From Chara braunii (Eukaryota > Plantae > Charophyceae): a stretch of DNA of 64,000 bases. Within the stretch, counting starts at the first letter, position 1. Every line of letters starts with the position of its first letter. The position numbers and the translations under genes are program-made. Of the stretch, positions 12,332-25,254 are shown piece after piece. The stretch spans positions 231,149-295,148 of the forward strand of contig BFEA01000005.1 in the NCBI GenBank assembly GCA_003427395.1, read 5' to 3'. The notes under the pieces are model-generated. The model worked only from the letters and a program-made list of their open reading frames with translations, was not told the origin of the DNA and searched no databases.

Positions 12332-15300
12332 TTGCTTTCCAGCCGAGGTCCTTCGTGAACGGACTCGGGTATGGTGAAACGGTGATCATGACAAAATGAC
12401 AACCTTTAGACAAAGTAATGTAGCTCATGACGTATGAGTTGGATTATTGTTGGCAAAGCACTATAAATGTTGCACGTGTGCAGAGGTGTTGCTTCAGACG
12501 TCCTCACAGAGTGACAAGGGTTAGGGTGAGTATGAATCCCTAACACTTGTGAAATTCATAACGTAAATGTGTCAGATATCTTATAAATACTCATGTCATA
12601 GATTCTAAGAATAACTAGTGTTACTGGCAACAAGGTTAAACTATGATAGTCATCTGAGGTAGTGTCTTTAAACAGTCATAATATAATCTGTGAGAGTAAT
12701 CACCGTTACATGTTGATACTAGGGAGACCTTGATACTTGCTTTGTCTTCATGCATGCTACACACCCTCTTATGCCTTAAAACCCAATGTGATCTGCTAAT
12801 GGCAAGCAAGTTGGTCGAAAGAAGTGGAGTTAGGGATGCAAGGATGAAAGGAGGGACCTTAGAAGATGATGGCATCAGATATGTTATGACTATGAGATAC
12901 TCGTGTTCCATTATGCCTATCAAGTCACATTTTTCAACACATCGTGTAATTTATATATCCACATCTGCATCCATCTCCGTCTAAATCATTACTCGAACTT
13001 TCATATTGACTTGCACCCACGTTAGATTATTGGCAGCAGTCTCTGTCCAAGCTCTTTGAGGTATATAGAGAGTGAATCTTATATTATTAAATTTAAGTAC
13101 TTTCAAGACACCCATATACATACTTTACATATCATCCTTGACAATTATCTCTTGTTGGTCTTTATTACCTGCCTAAATCATTAACCTAAAACGTGTCCTA
13201 TCTATTGTTTAATCCGCTTAACAATGTCTGTTTAAATTATTAGCAAAATAATGTTATATCTCTTGCTCACTATCTTTGTCTATCCTCAACGTGCTTTCAC
13301 CTGTTTTGATAGTTCTAGGATCACAATCGTTTCCAGTAAGTCGTTACTATTATAGTAAACTGGGATACCAATTGCTAAATGAGTACGTCTTGTCTCCTCC
13401 AACTTTGCTTTGACACGAACCAATGAACCAAGATACTTCAACTGAAGTTGATGCGATGTGTCAGTCATAATGACCAAACTCATTTGCTTCACTAGCAATC
13501 CCATGAAGGATCTTTAAACTATAAAAGATAGAAGGAGGAAGCAATTAACTTACTTATACTCGGCCATTTGGCCACTCCCGTTACTATATCATGTCTGTGT
13601 AGTTCCTACCTATTGTTACTCGTACCGACATACCATGTTTACTTACACATTATACCTCATTAGCTTGGGCACATTAGCTTCCGCTAAGAGAACGCTTGCA
13701 AGTATTATTTCACTCGCGTATTAAAAACTTTTCATTATACCACCTAAAGACACAAAGATCAGACGTTGGAAGAGCAAAAGGAGAGCAACAAGGGAAGTCC
13801 TAATAGGCCTATTGCCTTGATAAAGGGTGAGAACCAGCAAGGTTGCACAATTGCTAGAATCATTGACACGAACATACGATGTCCCTTTTGCAGGATGACT
13901 TATTAATCTTATCGACAACACCACAACACCTCCCTAACATGTTTTGATTCCCTTCCTGTGCTTATCCGATGATAGGTTCCCCTCCTTCTATTTTCATCCT
14001 ACCTCATCCTTAATAGTTAGCTATCTTTCCTCAACTGCCTTACCCTATGCTTCCACTGTCATCGTGCATACATGATTTTCTCCTCGTTTCTCAAGTCACA
14101 CCAGGGGATTATTGCTTATGTATCATGCTTGCACTTTTTTTTTACATGTCACGACAATCTATGCAGGGTTTATCTCCTACCCCACCATATAAGGGAATCG
14201 TCTAAGTAGCAGCCATAGTAGGATCTAGGTGTTTCTTGTCCTGAACTAATAAGACTTGGGTGCTTATTCTATTGAGACTTCAATCTCTGACCCAGACTAT
14301 TGTCAAAAATCTAAGAAAATTGAAACCAGATTGACTTAGTGATATTTCTTCTCCTCTATATCTCATCATTGCAGTATTTACCCTGGGCGAAGAGAAAGAA
14401 TATCACTGAGGTAAGGGAAGAAAAATGATGTGTACTGTTAGTTCCTTTTCTAAAGTGAATGATGTGCGTGAATGTCGAATAGGCATTCTAAGCCCATGAA
14501 AAGGTGCATAGTTATTAAGCTACCTGCTTGAAGGTTATGTGTGTTTGCGAAATCATTTGTCGTATACTAAAAATTATAAATTTAAACTAACCCTATTATT
14601 TATTGCTTACATAGTCTAACTAGATCATCGAATTTTTGAAACTATATGATATAGATCCTAATGATAGACTCGGTGTCGCGACAGTTGTTTAACTTTTGAG
14701 GTTGTATCATGTAACATATGAATCCATCATTATCTGTTTGAGATAATTGTCCTCTCAAAGACTCTACTAATATGTTTTGATGGTGAGGATATATATTTAA
14801 AGTCAGGTAATTCGTGAAGTTGTAATGATAAAAAGTCATGTGCTTCTATATGATAGGTGCATTTATGTGATAATGAACGATTTTTTACTAGAGTCTATCC
14901 AAATACCAAGGGGTTCTGATATTGAACATGTAGTTTCGATAATCAAGCTTAAGATATACATGACATTGTAACCTTAAAAAACCCGGTTATAGCCGTATTA
15001 TGAGATGACATGAATAAATAAATGAAATATAGTTAGTAATACTGTGTTTAGTTGTCTCGATAGTTAAAACCCGACTATTTAGTAAACATCCGATTATAAT
15101 ATTATGCTAATGTGATAAAGAGTCTGATTGATAAGGTTGTCTTTTAGAAATATAATTTGACATGTAAAATATACTGAGATATAAATTAATTATTTCATCA
15201 CCCACTTAGTGACTTACTAATCCTTAGGGACAAATAGTATAGTGAGCGTAATATTAGGTCATCTACTTGAAAAATAAGTATCCATTTGAGGTGGTATGAT

Positions 15301-16460
15301 AGAGTATGATAATGAATTAACTTTTTGAGTCATTGCATAAAGAGTCTGATTATAGTTATATGATTTTGAAAACTATATGACTCAAATCGGACCTTGACGA
15401 TCGTTTAATCCTTGAAATGATATCGTGTCAAACATGAATATAAAACTATTTAAAATAACTATTTCTTTTAAGATTATACTCAATATATATTAGAGTATGA
15501 GAGTGTTCACTTGAGGGTTATCCAACTCCTCGAATTGCAATATTCTATAAAGAGTGATACAATTACTTATTACCACTATGGTAAAAGTGTATGACTGAAC
15601 ATGAATGAATGCATATGGGAATGAATGATATATGTTTCAAGTGACATATTATTGTATGTCTTGCTCTTTGTTGAGTGAAGTTAGAACTTGTTATGTATAT
15701 ATTTATTAATTGCTTGATGATTGTTTGTGTCTGTCTGTATATGTTCATGAATTGTTTTCTTCGATAAGGATAGAAAAACTGCATGAAGTCCGCGTGCGGC
15801 ATGAGACCGAAGGTGAATGGAGTGACCAACCTTTGAAGGGGAGGAATTCTTTCAAGGAAAATTTATATGCAGAACCTGTCATTCGAGGGAATTGCAAGGT
15901 GGATTGATACTTTTACCTGAGAGGCTTGAAGAGGGTATAATTAAGTCTTATAGACGGTAGTGAGACTCACGCCGAAACAATGTTCCTGGTTCACAATGAG
16001 GTATTGTTACTTTTTATTGTACAGGGAAGATTATTACAATATCGTCAAAAGGGAGGAAGGTGTTCAAGACCTTGTTTGAACTCTGGCGATGAGTGAGACG
16101 ACTACTGCTTAGTATGAGCACTCTTGAAGTGGTAGCCCGAACGGGGCTCATGCTAGGTGGGTTCACCACACCCTAAAAAAATATGGTCTTACCAATAAAC
16201 CTTTAGAAGGGTGTGAGTGGGGTGGTCTGACTCTGCTCGATGAGGTCAGCCATGTACAACTACTAAAAACGGAGGGAGATGTGGTGAAACTTGGTCCTAA
16301 AAGCGGGGCTCCAGATCTGAGATATTATCCTTTTCATTGAATTACATCACCCCTCAACACGATATACCTCTGTTAAGCCGGAAGGAGTAGTATATGTTGT
16401 GTCGTCGTTAGTGTTGTCTTTGTAACTTCTCTGTGATTGTTCCAGTAAAGTCTTAATTGT

Positions 16461-16634
16461 AGCAATTGATCTCATTCTTAATAAGGTTACCAGTTGATGT
16501 TTGTTTGAATAAGTATGATTGAATGTTCTGATATTGTATGAATTATTAGCAATTGATCTCATTCTTAATAAGGTTACCAGTTGATGCTTGTTTGAATAAG
16601 TATGATTGAATGTTCTGATATCGTATGAATTATT
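16461..16634 (+). repeat. 87-bp tandem duplication
   Basis: AGCAATTGATCTCATTC...GAATTATT present twice, near-identical. Confidence 0.95.
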
Positions 16635-17978
16635 ATTTACTTTCCTTATAGTCTTGAACATTTCTTCTACTATCTTGAGTTATAGTCCTTGTTTATGACA
16701 AAAGAATGTCATTTACACTTTTATTGTAAAATTTCGTAAAAACAGGAGGAAAACCCTGCGTAAAGTCACGAGTTACTTATGATATGTTTCTTCGTTAATG
16801 ATATCGATTTGGATGACAGAATGTGGTCTCATTTTGATAATTGTCGTCGAAAGAGTTTAATCATTTTAAGCAACTTCAACTTAGATCTGACTATTATGCG
16901 TACATTCATGCAATGTATGATTGAAAGCGAAACCTCAGGGATTTGTATAACGGTGACCTAAATTAAGTTTAATGTAAATCTTGAAATTATTTTGAGCCCC
17001 AGACTATTAAATATTGGGCGAGCACGAGAATGTGTCATTCTTGGAAAAATATCACAGATATGTATTGAAAAAATACCGCTCATTCATCGGTGGGATTAGT
17101 CTTAGATAAACCAGTGAGATCGAAAAGATGAACTCATTTGGAAATGTTGATGTTTTGAAAAATATTTTTGCATTGATGGTCACGAAGAAGCCAATATTTT
17201 CATTTGGGATATTAAAGATTTTGAACATTTTGAAAGATCCCCGAGACGTATATCTGACTGAACTGTGATTGAGACTTGGAGGACACGACCCCTAAGTCGC
17301 AATCTGACGATAGTCCTTGTTCATTTATTAAGTGGCAACGTGACAAAGAAAAGTTTATTTTTATGGTTTGGAATGAACATCGTTCATCCACAAAGTGACA
17401 ATCTGACAAGGATGAAAATATTTTGATGATTTTCTTTTTGTATATATCGAGTTGAACATCGTTCATCTACTTCAGGAGGTCAGTTTGAGGGACAAAAATT
17501 ACCAAACCTATGGTGAAAAATTGGCATCGTTGGGACGTAACTCCCAGCGTGAGCTGCTGACCAAGTATAACCAGACAACGAACTTTCCGGTTTGGCCTCG
17601 AGTTGAGATCTGAGGGGTGACCACCCTGATGAAGGAATCAACTCAATTAGTTACTGGAGGGGTCAAATGTAATCTTTGCAATATATAATTTTTTTGATAA
17701 TAGGGTTTACCCGTTATAGTGCAACCAAGACGGGGACCATCATGAATATAACAACATGATGAATAGCTGATCTGGCCTGATCGACCGGACTGTGGCGGGT
17801 TAAGACCAAGACCGCCGATCCCCTCATATTAGACTTCCGGTGAGACAGTAATACAGTTTTGGTTGAAACCTGCATCCGAAGGGTTAAATTCTCTGCTTCT
17901 ACAGACAACCAACGAAGGTCTGGGAAAAAAGTCTAAATATGAAAAAAAAGGTGATCATTGTCCCTCTTGGTAATTTTT

Positions 17979-18080
17979 ACTGTTGTAGTACAAATCCAGT
18001 ATTCCCACCCATTGGTTCATTGAGTTTGGTTTGGGAGTTTTAGTATGTGGGAGACCAGGGTTACAATCCCGACAATGGTT
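17979..18080 (+). ncRNA. tRNA-Asp-like cloverleaf in 3' UTR of element A (not a functional tRNA gene)
   Basis: Acceptor ACTGTTG/CAATGGT, TA-GTAC..GTAT D arm, TCCCAC/GTGGGA arm with enlarged loop, GAC, CAGGG-TTACAAT-CCCGA T arm. Confidence 0.7.
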
Positions 18081-18221
18081 GAAAATATGTGATGTTATCA
18101 ATCATGTCGTATTTTTATCAGTTGATTTGATAATGGGAAACGATCTAAGGGAAAATTGTATGAACGATCGTGATAAACGTTCCTAGCGACGGGGACGTTG
18201 CTTAATTGGGTATGAGAACAC

Positions 18222-18943
18222 TGTCAGACTAAATACCCTTACAAGAGTATTCGACCATGCTTTTGCAGTCTACACAGCGACGACATCGGCTACCAAGACG
18301 GGGCCAATTCAAAGTTCAAGGCGCGTGCGTTTTTCGCACAACACTTTGGAACGATTTCCTCGACCTTTGATGTCGGGGCAAATTGGTGAGAAGCTTTTGT
18401 TAAGTATGCGCGCGCGTTATTGTGGCGAGTGCTCTGATGGTTAAAATCGGTAATAATACCCTTCGACTAAAAGGGTTGAGGGGTCGATTGGGTTATTGTT
18501 GTGTTGGGTAGACCTACGACATACATTGAGACTTAATCGTCAGTACGTAAGTCGGAATAAATTAATATACGCCATGACCATACAGCGACCATACGGCCGG
18601 AGCAAACTAAAAGTGTGTGATCATCGGGTCTGCAGTAGCGCCCGGATTGGTAAGCACTTGGTCAAGCAGTACCTCTGTCCTACTTATATACAACAAGTGA
18701 GGTTGAGGCTACCGCTCGACTTCCCATATGTAGAGAGGGATTTGCGTCTTGGGCGGTGACTTCCTGACCGCGTGGCCACCCAAGCAACCGGTATTTCCTC
18801 CCTTTCGGAATGAAACATCATTGCAGACTCTTATATCGTCCGTATATGCCATAAACGCAGACTACTTGAATTGGTATCCACCTACCTACCGGTACTGGGC
18901 CTCTAAAAATGACAACTTTTGTCTTTTTCTGCTCGGCCTCGAG
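18222..18943 (+). repeat. Truncated 3' LTR of element A
   Basis: TG start plus conserved AATACCCTTAC hairpin; 18401-18943 matches 1994-2525. Confidence 0.75.
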
Positions 18944-19389
18944 CAACAAGCAGTGGTCCGATAATGGGATATCGACTAGCGTCTTCCTTACTTTAAGGGA
19001 AGCATTAGGAATATCACTAGTAGGGGCCCCCATTCGATGGCAAGGAGGGGGTTTATAACCCTCCATGGGAAGGGTTATAAGCTTCGTACTGATGTGGCCG
19101 CAGATATCCTCATTTAGAGGGTTCGGTCCACAATGTCTGGCAGGTCGCTTTTACTAAGCAAAAAATGTTCATGAGGGGTCGACCAGTTTAAGCCGTCCAC
19201 TTCAGAATTTTGAAGCGAATGAATCGTTCGTTCCCCCACAAAGTTACAAATCGGAACAAAATTAAAAAAAAAGGAAAAAAAAATTGAGCTTTCACTCATT
19301 AAATCTTTCCAATTGATCAAAACTAAAATAGTGGTTCTAATCAAGGCGCACTTCTTAAATGCGACACTCCGCTTTCTTTCCTCACGGTT

Positions 19390-22350
19390 TTTTTTTTTCT
19401 TTCTTCCTTTGTGATTGTCACTGCGTTTCTCGTACTTGTCCCATAACTCGACACTTGGAGACTCGACATGTAGTAGAAACGCCCGCGGCGAACCTTGTAT
19501 CTTCGTGTCCCTGGGCGAGCCCAACGACTACCACGAGCATGGACGGGTTGTGCTCTGCTGTACAGCATGGCACCGAGTCCACGCCAGTCGTGCACCCGCA
19601 CCCTTTTGCTGAGGTAAGTGTCAACTGGAACTGGTCCAGAGACAAACCATAAAGTTGGTGTGAGGTGATCCATTCGACAGGGGCGGGCTGTCGAGCGGGG
19701 GTGTGGAAGACGAGGTCGGAGGGGATCCCGGAGGAGAGGGGGACACTTGCATTGACGGGCCCGACCACATGTGTGAAGGGGGGGAAGCCTGTATTCCAGA
19801 GTCCGAGGGTTCATGTCCTAAGACCACTGCTGTGACGGGGTGCTCGGGCAGCGGTGTGAAGCGTCCTGCCGGCCTGAGGTTACATTGGGATTCATGTGTT
19901 AGCCATGTCTTCCAACACACTCTCCCATCTGCCCGGACCTCACACATTTTGCCATGCGGGTTAATGCATTTGTTATGAAAGTCTTGATCGTTCGATCTTG
20001 CTCTGGCTGCGACGGGGCCTTTTCGAGGACCGCTTGTAGCTTCTGCCCGACCATGGTGATGTTGGTTCTCGTGGTTGCTGCTATCTCGGGGGCCAAGCCT
20101 GTATTCCAGAATCAGAGGGTTCATGTCCTAAGATCACTGCTGCAACGGGGTGCCCGGGCAACGGTGTGAAGCATCCTGCCGGCCTAAGGTTACATTGGAA
20201 ATCATGTGTTTGCCACGTCTTCCAACACACTCTCCCATCTGCCCGGACCTCACACATTTTGCCATGCGGGTTAATCCATTTGTTATGAAAGTCTTGATCA
20301 TCCGATCTTTCTCAGACTGCGATGGGGCCTTTTTGAGGACCGCTTGTAGCTTATGCCCGACCATGGTGATGTTGGTTCTCATGGTTGTTGCTATCTCCTC
20401 TTTGGCTTGTGGCAGTCCAAAAGTCAGTTCTTGCCTTTCCATGAAGCAGCGCATCGGCCAGATGGCCATAATGAATGCGAGCCCAGCTGTTGTGAAAAGG
20501 TTATGTTGGAAGGTTGTCCATTGAGGAAGAGGATCCGTTCGTATGTCAAGAAGGATTAGTTGGATGTCCCACGGGAAAGGGGCATCTGTCAAATGGCACC
20601 AGAGGGTGTCCCACCACTCCCACAGCTGGATTGCCATTGAGCACCTGAGCAGACAGTGCTCCAAATTTGCTCTCTGCGGCTGTGAGGACCTGCCACAGCA
20701 AGGACAAATAAGAGAAAGTAGGCCTTTTGCCTTTAATTTGGTACGGGATGTTAACCAGTCTAGTGTAGGCAGGCATTGTGTAATATCTGCGATTGGAGGG
20801 CCCTATGTGTGGTGGGCATGATATAGGCACACCTTTGCCATGGAATGTTGGTCACGGTGGTCTCCGCTAGGGGTAAGTCCATAGTCCGACGCCGTTCCAC
20901 TATCGGGGTGGAGTGATGGGCTCGCCTGGTGTGTTTATGGCCAGCCTTGGCAGGGAACGGACTGATGTCATTCTTCTCGATCAAACGAGAGGGCGCACAC
21001 CGCTATTGCCGCCTCGTAGGCGTGCCACCCGTCCTCCTCGACTCCCACAATCCTGACCCGGAGAGGTGCACTTTTGGTACCTTGCAGTCCATGTCTTTGT
21101 TTCATTCCAACTTAGACCACCTTGCCCCTTGCAGAAGGAGATCGTATGCTTGCAGGCCGGTATCCTCTCTAGTCCTTTTAGTCACCTTATGTAAAGATTT
21201 GGTTATCTTCAACCTTGGCCACCCGATCCTTTTTTTGATACTGGGGCCCCTTGGCGGTGCTGCCAGCCAGATCAGGGGTATTGCTTCGAGGAGAAGGTCA
21301 AGTTTCTCTTGCAGGTTTTTTATATGCTTCAGCACCAACTTAAGCCGAGGCTCGGACTTCCATATTGCTGTAGAGATGTCCCACAAATCCCCGCGGTGTA
21401 AATTCCTCTTGCCACCCAGGCAAGCCAAGACAACCGTGTGTGAAGGGCGAAGGGGGATCCGTTAGCATCCAAGAGATGCGGGCTTCCGAAGAATGGTTGG
21501 CGCCACATTTCATGCCACCTAGACGGTGGCGGTTTCTTTGCAGGGCCCATTTCCCTCCAAAGGCGGATGATGTCCGTCCACAACGGGTCATGCTTGAGGT
21601 CTCATTTTGTGTTGTTTTGGGTTGAGCCAACCGTCTTTTTCGCGGAGGCCGCAACAAAGTCCATGCGGGGTTTGTGAGCCACTGAAGTGGGTGAATGGGA
21701 TATGGGTCCTAGGGAACTGGCACTAGGTTTGTGATTTGAGTATAGGCCAACAGGATCTAAGGGGCATCATTTGCCATAGGGTGTCGTTAGACACTCCTCG
21801 GGGACGTGAAATCCACAACGACGCGCTTGTTCCACCTATCCTTGGGGACGAAATTGAAAAAGAAATGTGAAAACGCCACAAGGAAAGTTCCTTGTGGCGT
21901 CCTTGTGGCTTCAGCCAAAATTTCCTTATCCCCAAAGGACCTCGTGAGGTCCCTTGGAGCTCAAGGAACCGTGATTCACGGAGTGGCGAAGACATGCTTC
22001 GACGAAGAGTTTCGGTTCTTGGGTGATCTAGATGTGGTCCAATGGGGTTAGCATGGACATCCCCACCCTCCAACGTCTGCGTAGTCCCCCAACGGCCCCC
22101 AACGACTACTGTTGGTGGTGGGCCTCCATCGGGTGGCGTTGTTGTTTTCAGCTAGCATCATGTAGTCTCTCACGCTCGAGCAACGACCGCAACGGTCGGG
22201 AAAATACTTTTTTCCCGGCGGCGCCTTCAGTCCGTCAACGGAAGAGGTTTTTGCACGAGCGTCGTATTCCCGTGCATGTCGTCACGTGCTGCACGTCCGA
22301 CAAAACTCTTGCCTTCTCTGTCATTGTGTGCTAGATGCCCGACAACAGAC
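19390..22350 (-). pseudogene. Decayed LINE (L1/Tx1-like) ORF2 C-terminal region with zf-RVT zinc finger
   Basis: Frameshifted ORFs. ICPCCGR...EHCLLRC...LWEWW (20600-20710) followed by AIWPMRC, typical of non-LTR ORF2 C-termini. Boundaries approximate. Confidence 0.75.
19787..20397. repeat. ~310-bp tandem duplication within the LINE
   Basis: GCCTGTATTCCAGA...GCTATCTC at 19787-20087 and 20097-20397. Confidence 0.95.
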
Positions 22351-22353
22351 ATG

Positions 22354-23613
22354 TGTTATGAACCTGATTGCTTGTTGTCAAATGACCAACACTCACTCAT
22401 ATAGACTTCTATGTATGCCCGTATACAGAGAAGGAAGGGGAGAGGATGAGAGTGTCACACCACACAGGGAGAGTTGAACACAATGGAAGACTTAACCATG
22501 CGATATGACAGAGAACACTGAAAGTGCACTTCGCTCCACAAAATCCTCACAACCAGTCACAAAGGAAAGCCGAGTATATCACATCAAAGAAACAATGAAC
22601 CACAGATAGTCTGCACACAATTTACATATTGTTTATTAAACTCGGAGTCTCGAATTGCCAGGGAAACCCCAAAACTATGGTGCACTTCTCAGAATTGAGC
22701 AGCACTTCACTCCCCAACCCTGAGTAACCGCTATCTTTACCCCTAAGTCCCTGAAACATCAAGCGCTACCCAGATACAGCCTCCAAAAGGCAGTGCCATC
22801 CTGAACCAGGCCTCCGAGGCTAAACGCCTCTCAGAGGATGAAGAAGAAGACCAGCGCCACAGTATCTAATGATGATGAAGTGCCGAACGACTTCCCGGGT
22901 GGAAGTCTGCAGTAGCACCACCTCTCCTGACAAGATGATCTCTGAGGAAGTAGCTGCAGCTATGGCTGTAGCGCTACACACCCGGTAACCCTACTCCGGA
23001 GGAGGGTCCAGCAGGGCACCAATTTCTCTCACCTCCAACAGACTTCAGATAGCCCGAACCTCTAAACAGCCCCGCATGCTGTTAGAGTACAGCGCAGGTC
23101 CCAGCTTTGGCTTGCGCTCCGGAGATCCGGCTATGTCTGTCTCCTCCAACGCTGAAACTGTCAATACGTCAGTTCACGCGTTGCACAACAGCGATGCACA
23201 CAGTACCAACTGCCCAAAACCCTGAACTGATGTGCCCATCCTATCTATAATCTACACTAGCCTAGACACGACCTAGACCAGACTGACTGGACCGACCGGT
23301 ACCGTTTCAGTTTCGGCCTCTCGGCCTCTACCTACCCGGTTAGGCTATAAGACCGTCTATCAGCATAGGCCCTTAGGGACTGTCTGTCCTAGGGGTAGTC
23401 CGGGCCTGCTATTCACAGTTAAGGTAGTTGTAGGTATTATTAGTTAGTACGGGCCTATATTTTCCTGAACTTGCAGATATGTCCCTCTCGGATCTTCCCT
23501 ACAGGCAGGTCTCTTGGTTAACCCTCAGCCAAACAAAATTACGAATCTATCCTACCTATAGTACAACCTCGACGAGAGAGGCTATAGGCAACCAAAACCA
23601 GCAAGTTGTTGCA
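22354..23613 (-). repeat. Probable 3' LTR of the chromovirus (~1.26 kb)
   Basis: On the minus strand begins TGCAAC right after a PPT (AGGGGAGGACGAGTC, 23614-23628) and ends ...TAACA. Left boundary is less certain because the partner LTR is not visible. Confidence 0.6.
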
Positions 23614-23646
23614 GACTCGTCCTCCCCTGGAGCGAGGACCTTCGAG

Positions 23647-24301
23647 CTAGGGGCGTAGGTGTGCAAAACGCCGAAGGGGTTCCCCTTTCTGCAGTGCCTC
23701 ATACTTGAGGACAACATACTTTGCAATTTTAAGGAGTTCCTTGCGAGTAAACCAATGATCTTCAGTATGCGGCTTGTAGGAAAAATTCACAAGGTACTCT
23801 TTGTTTGGGCCTGTACCTGACTCATCCTCAATTGACTCCACCTCATATCCCTTACCAGGGATTGGGGGACCAAACTGAGGGGGCCTGTCTGGGAATGCAT
23901 CAACCGAGGTGAATGGTAACAACTTGGATGCATGGAAGACAGGGTAGGTTTGCAGATGCATAGGGACATCCACAGCTTAGGATGGTCCAAAGGGATCAGC
24001 TCCCACTGTATCTAAAACCTGCCATGGACCCATATATCGTGGCAACAGCTTCAGCGAAATGTTCTCCTTTCGCGACAGCTCAGAACTGAGTACCCACACC
24101 CAGTCACCTGTGTAAATACTAGAGGGACATTTGTGCCTATTAGCCTGCCGTATCATAGCCTTTTGGGCTTTGAGCAGGTTGGCACGGACGCGCTCAATGT
24201 CCACACGGTAACGTTTGGTGAACTCTGCAGTTTCAGGCGTCAATGTGGGGGTAACCTTGTTGATGATATCATCGAGAGGCTGTTGTGGCTCACGACCCCA
24301 G
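23647..24301 (-). pseudogene. Chromovirus integrase C-terminus (GPY/F-like region) plus chromodomain
   Basis: KLLPRYMGPW, YPVFHASKL, YEVESIED...EYLVNFSYKPHTEDHWF. Confidence 0.9.
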
Positions 24302-25073
24302 TGTCGGCCAGAATACCCTTACAAGGGTATTTGTGCACATTTTTGCATATCGCAGAAGATGCATTTTTGATGATGTGTGAGAGAGTGTCTCATTTATGCC
24401 TGGCCATAACCAACTCTTAGGCGTTGGGAATGACAGGCGCATTTGATCTGATTAGAGAGTGTGTGGGCGTGCATTTTGAGGGCACGCATAGGTTTTAATC
24501 GAACGTCTAGTTATATAAAGAGAGCTAGACATATAAGCGATACCCCCGCCTGGTATCGCAAGTGAGAAAAGGAGTATGATGTTGAATGATATTGCGCACA
24601 CACTGAGTACGTTCGCGTTCGAAACCGGCATTTGATAATCGGGGTTAGAATTTAGTTATTGAATCCGCTTGACTTACTTGCTACGACACTAGGATCAGTG
24701 AGGTGTAAAGTGTCTGGCTTCTTAGGGCGACCATGATATTGGTCGACGGTAGAAGCCGTGGGCGGCACTATAAAAGTCGGGGTTTTTCCAATGCGTAGGT
24801 AGTAAGAGTGCGGTTCTTCGGGGGAGTTAGCTTAGTGAGAAAGTTTAAGTTTTTATGAAACGGCGTGGTTGTGTCGCATGCACGACAACGGTAAGTAAAA
24901 CTGACCCCTTCATGCAGTGGGGGCGGGTATGTAGGAGCCGTAGACATGGCCAGTGGGCCAAAGAACGACTTTTAATGCTATTCGGCAGGCCTTGGAGAAA
25001 CACGGATACCCTTTATAAGGAAGTCCGTGAGAGTAGGTTAATAACAGTCGTATTTTTCATCACCACTTTAGGA

Positions 25074-25254
25074 CACCCTTCACTACTTGAGGATGCAACC
25101 TGCCTAAACAGGTGGTTTTCAGGGTCTTCAAACCTTTTACCACTTTAGGACCATTCAGATCTAAAAATCCTGAATGGTCCTGAAGTGGTGAAAGCTACGA
25201 AGACCCTGAAAACCACCTGTTTAGGCAGGCTTCATCCTCAAGTGGTGAAGGGTG
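25074..25254. repeat. Long imperfect inverted repeat (~85-bp arms) with adjacent direct copies to ~25450
   Basis: CACCCTTCACTACTTGAGGATG...ACCATTCAG / CTGAATGGT...CATCCTCAAGTGGTGAAGGGTG. Confidence 0.9.

Larger units (their letters stand above)
1918..18943 (+). mobile_element. Element A: giant-LTR, tRNA-Asp-primed Ty3/gypsy-like element, apparently non-autonomous, 3' LTR truncated
   Basis: LTR end ...CCTACA at 12309 followed by GG and a PBS. 3' LTR starts TGTCAGACTAAATACCCTTAC at 18222, the same start motif as B and C. 1994-2525 is repeated at 18401-18943. Several non-coding blocks align to element C. No recognisable RT or integrase ORF in the interior. Confidence 0.7.
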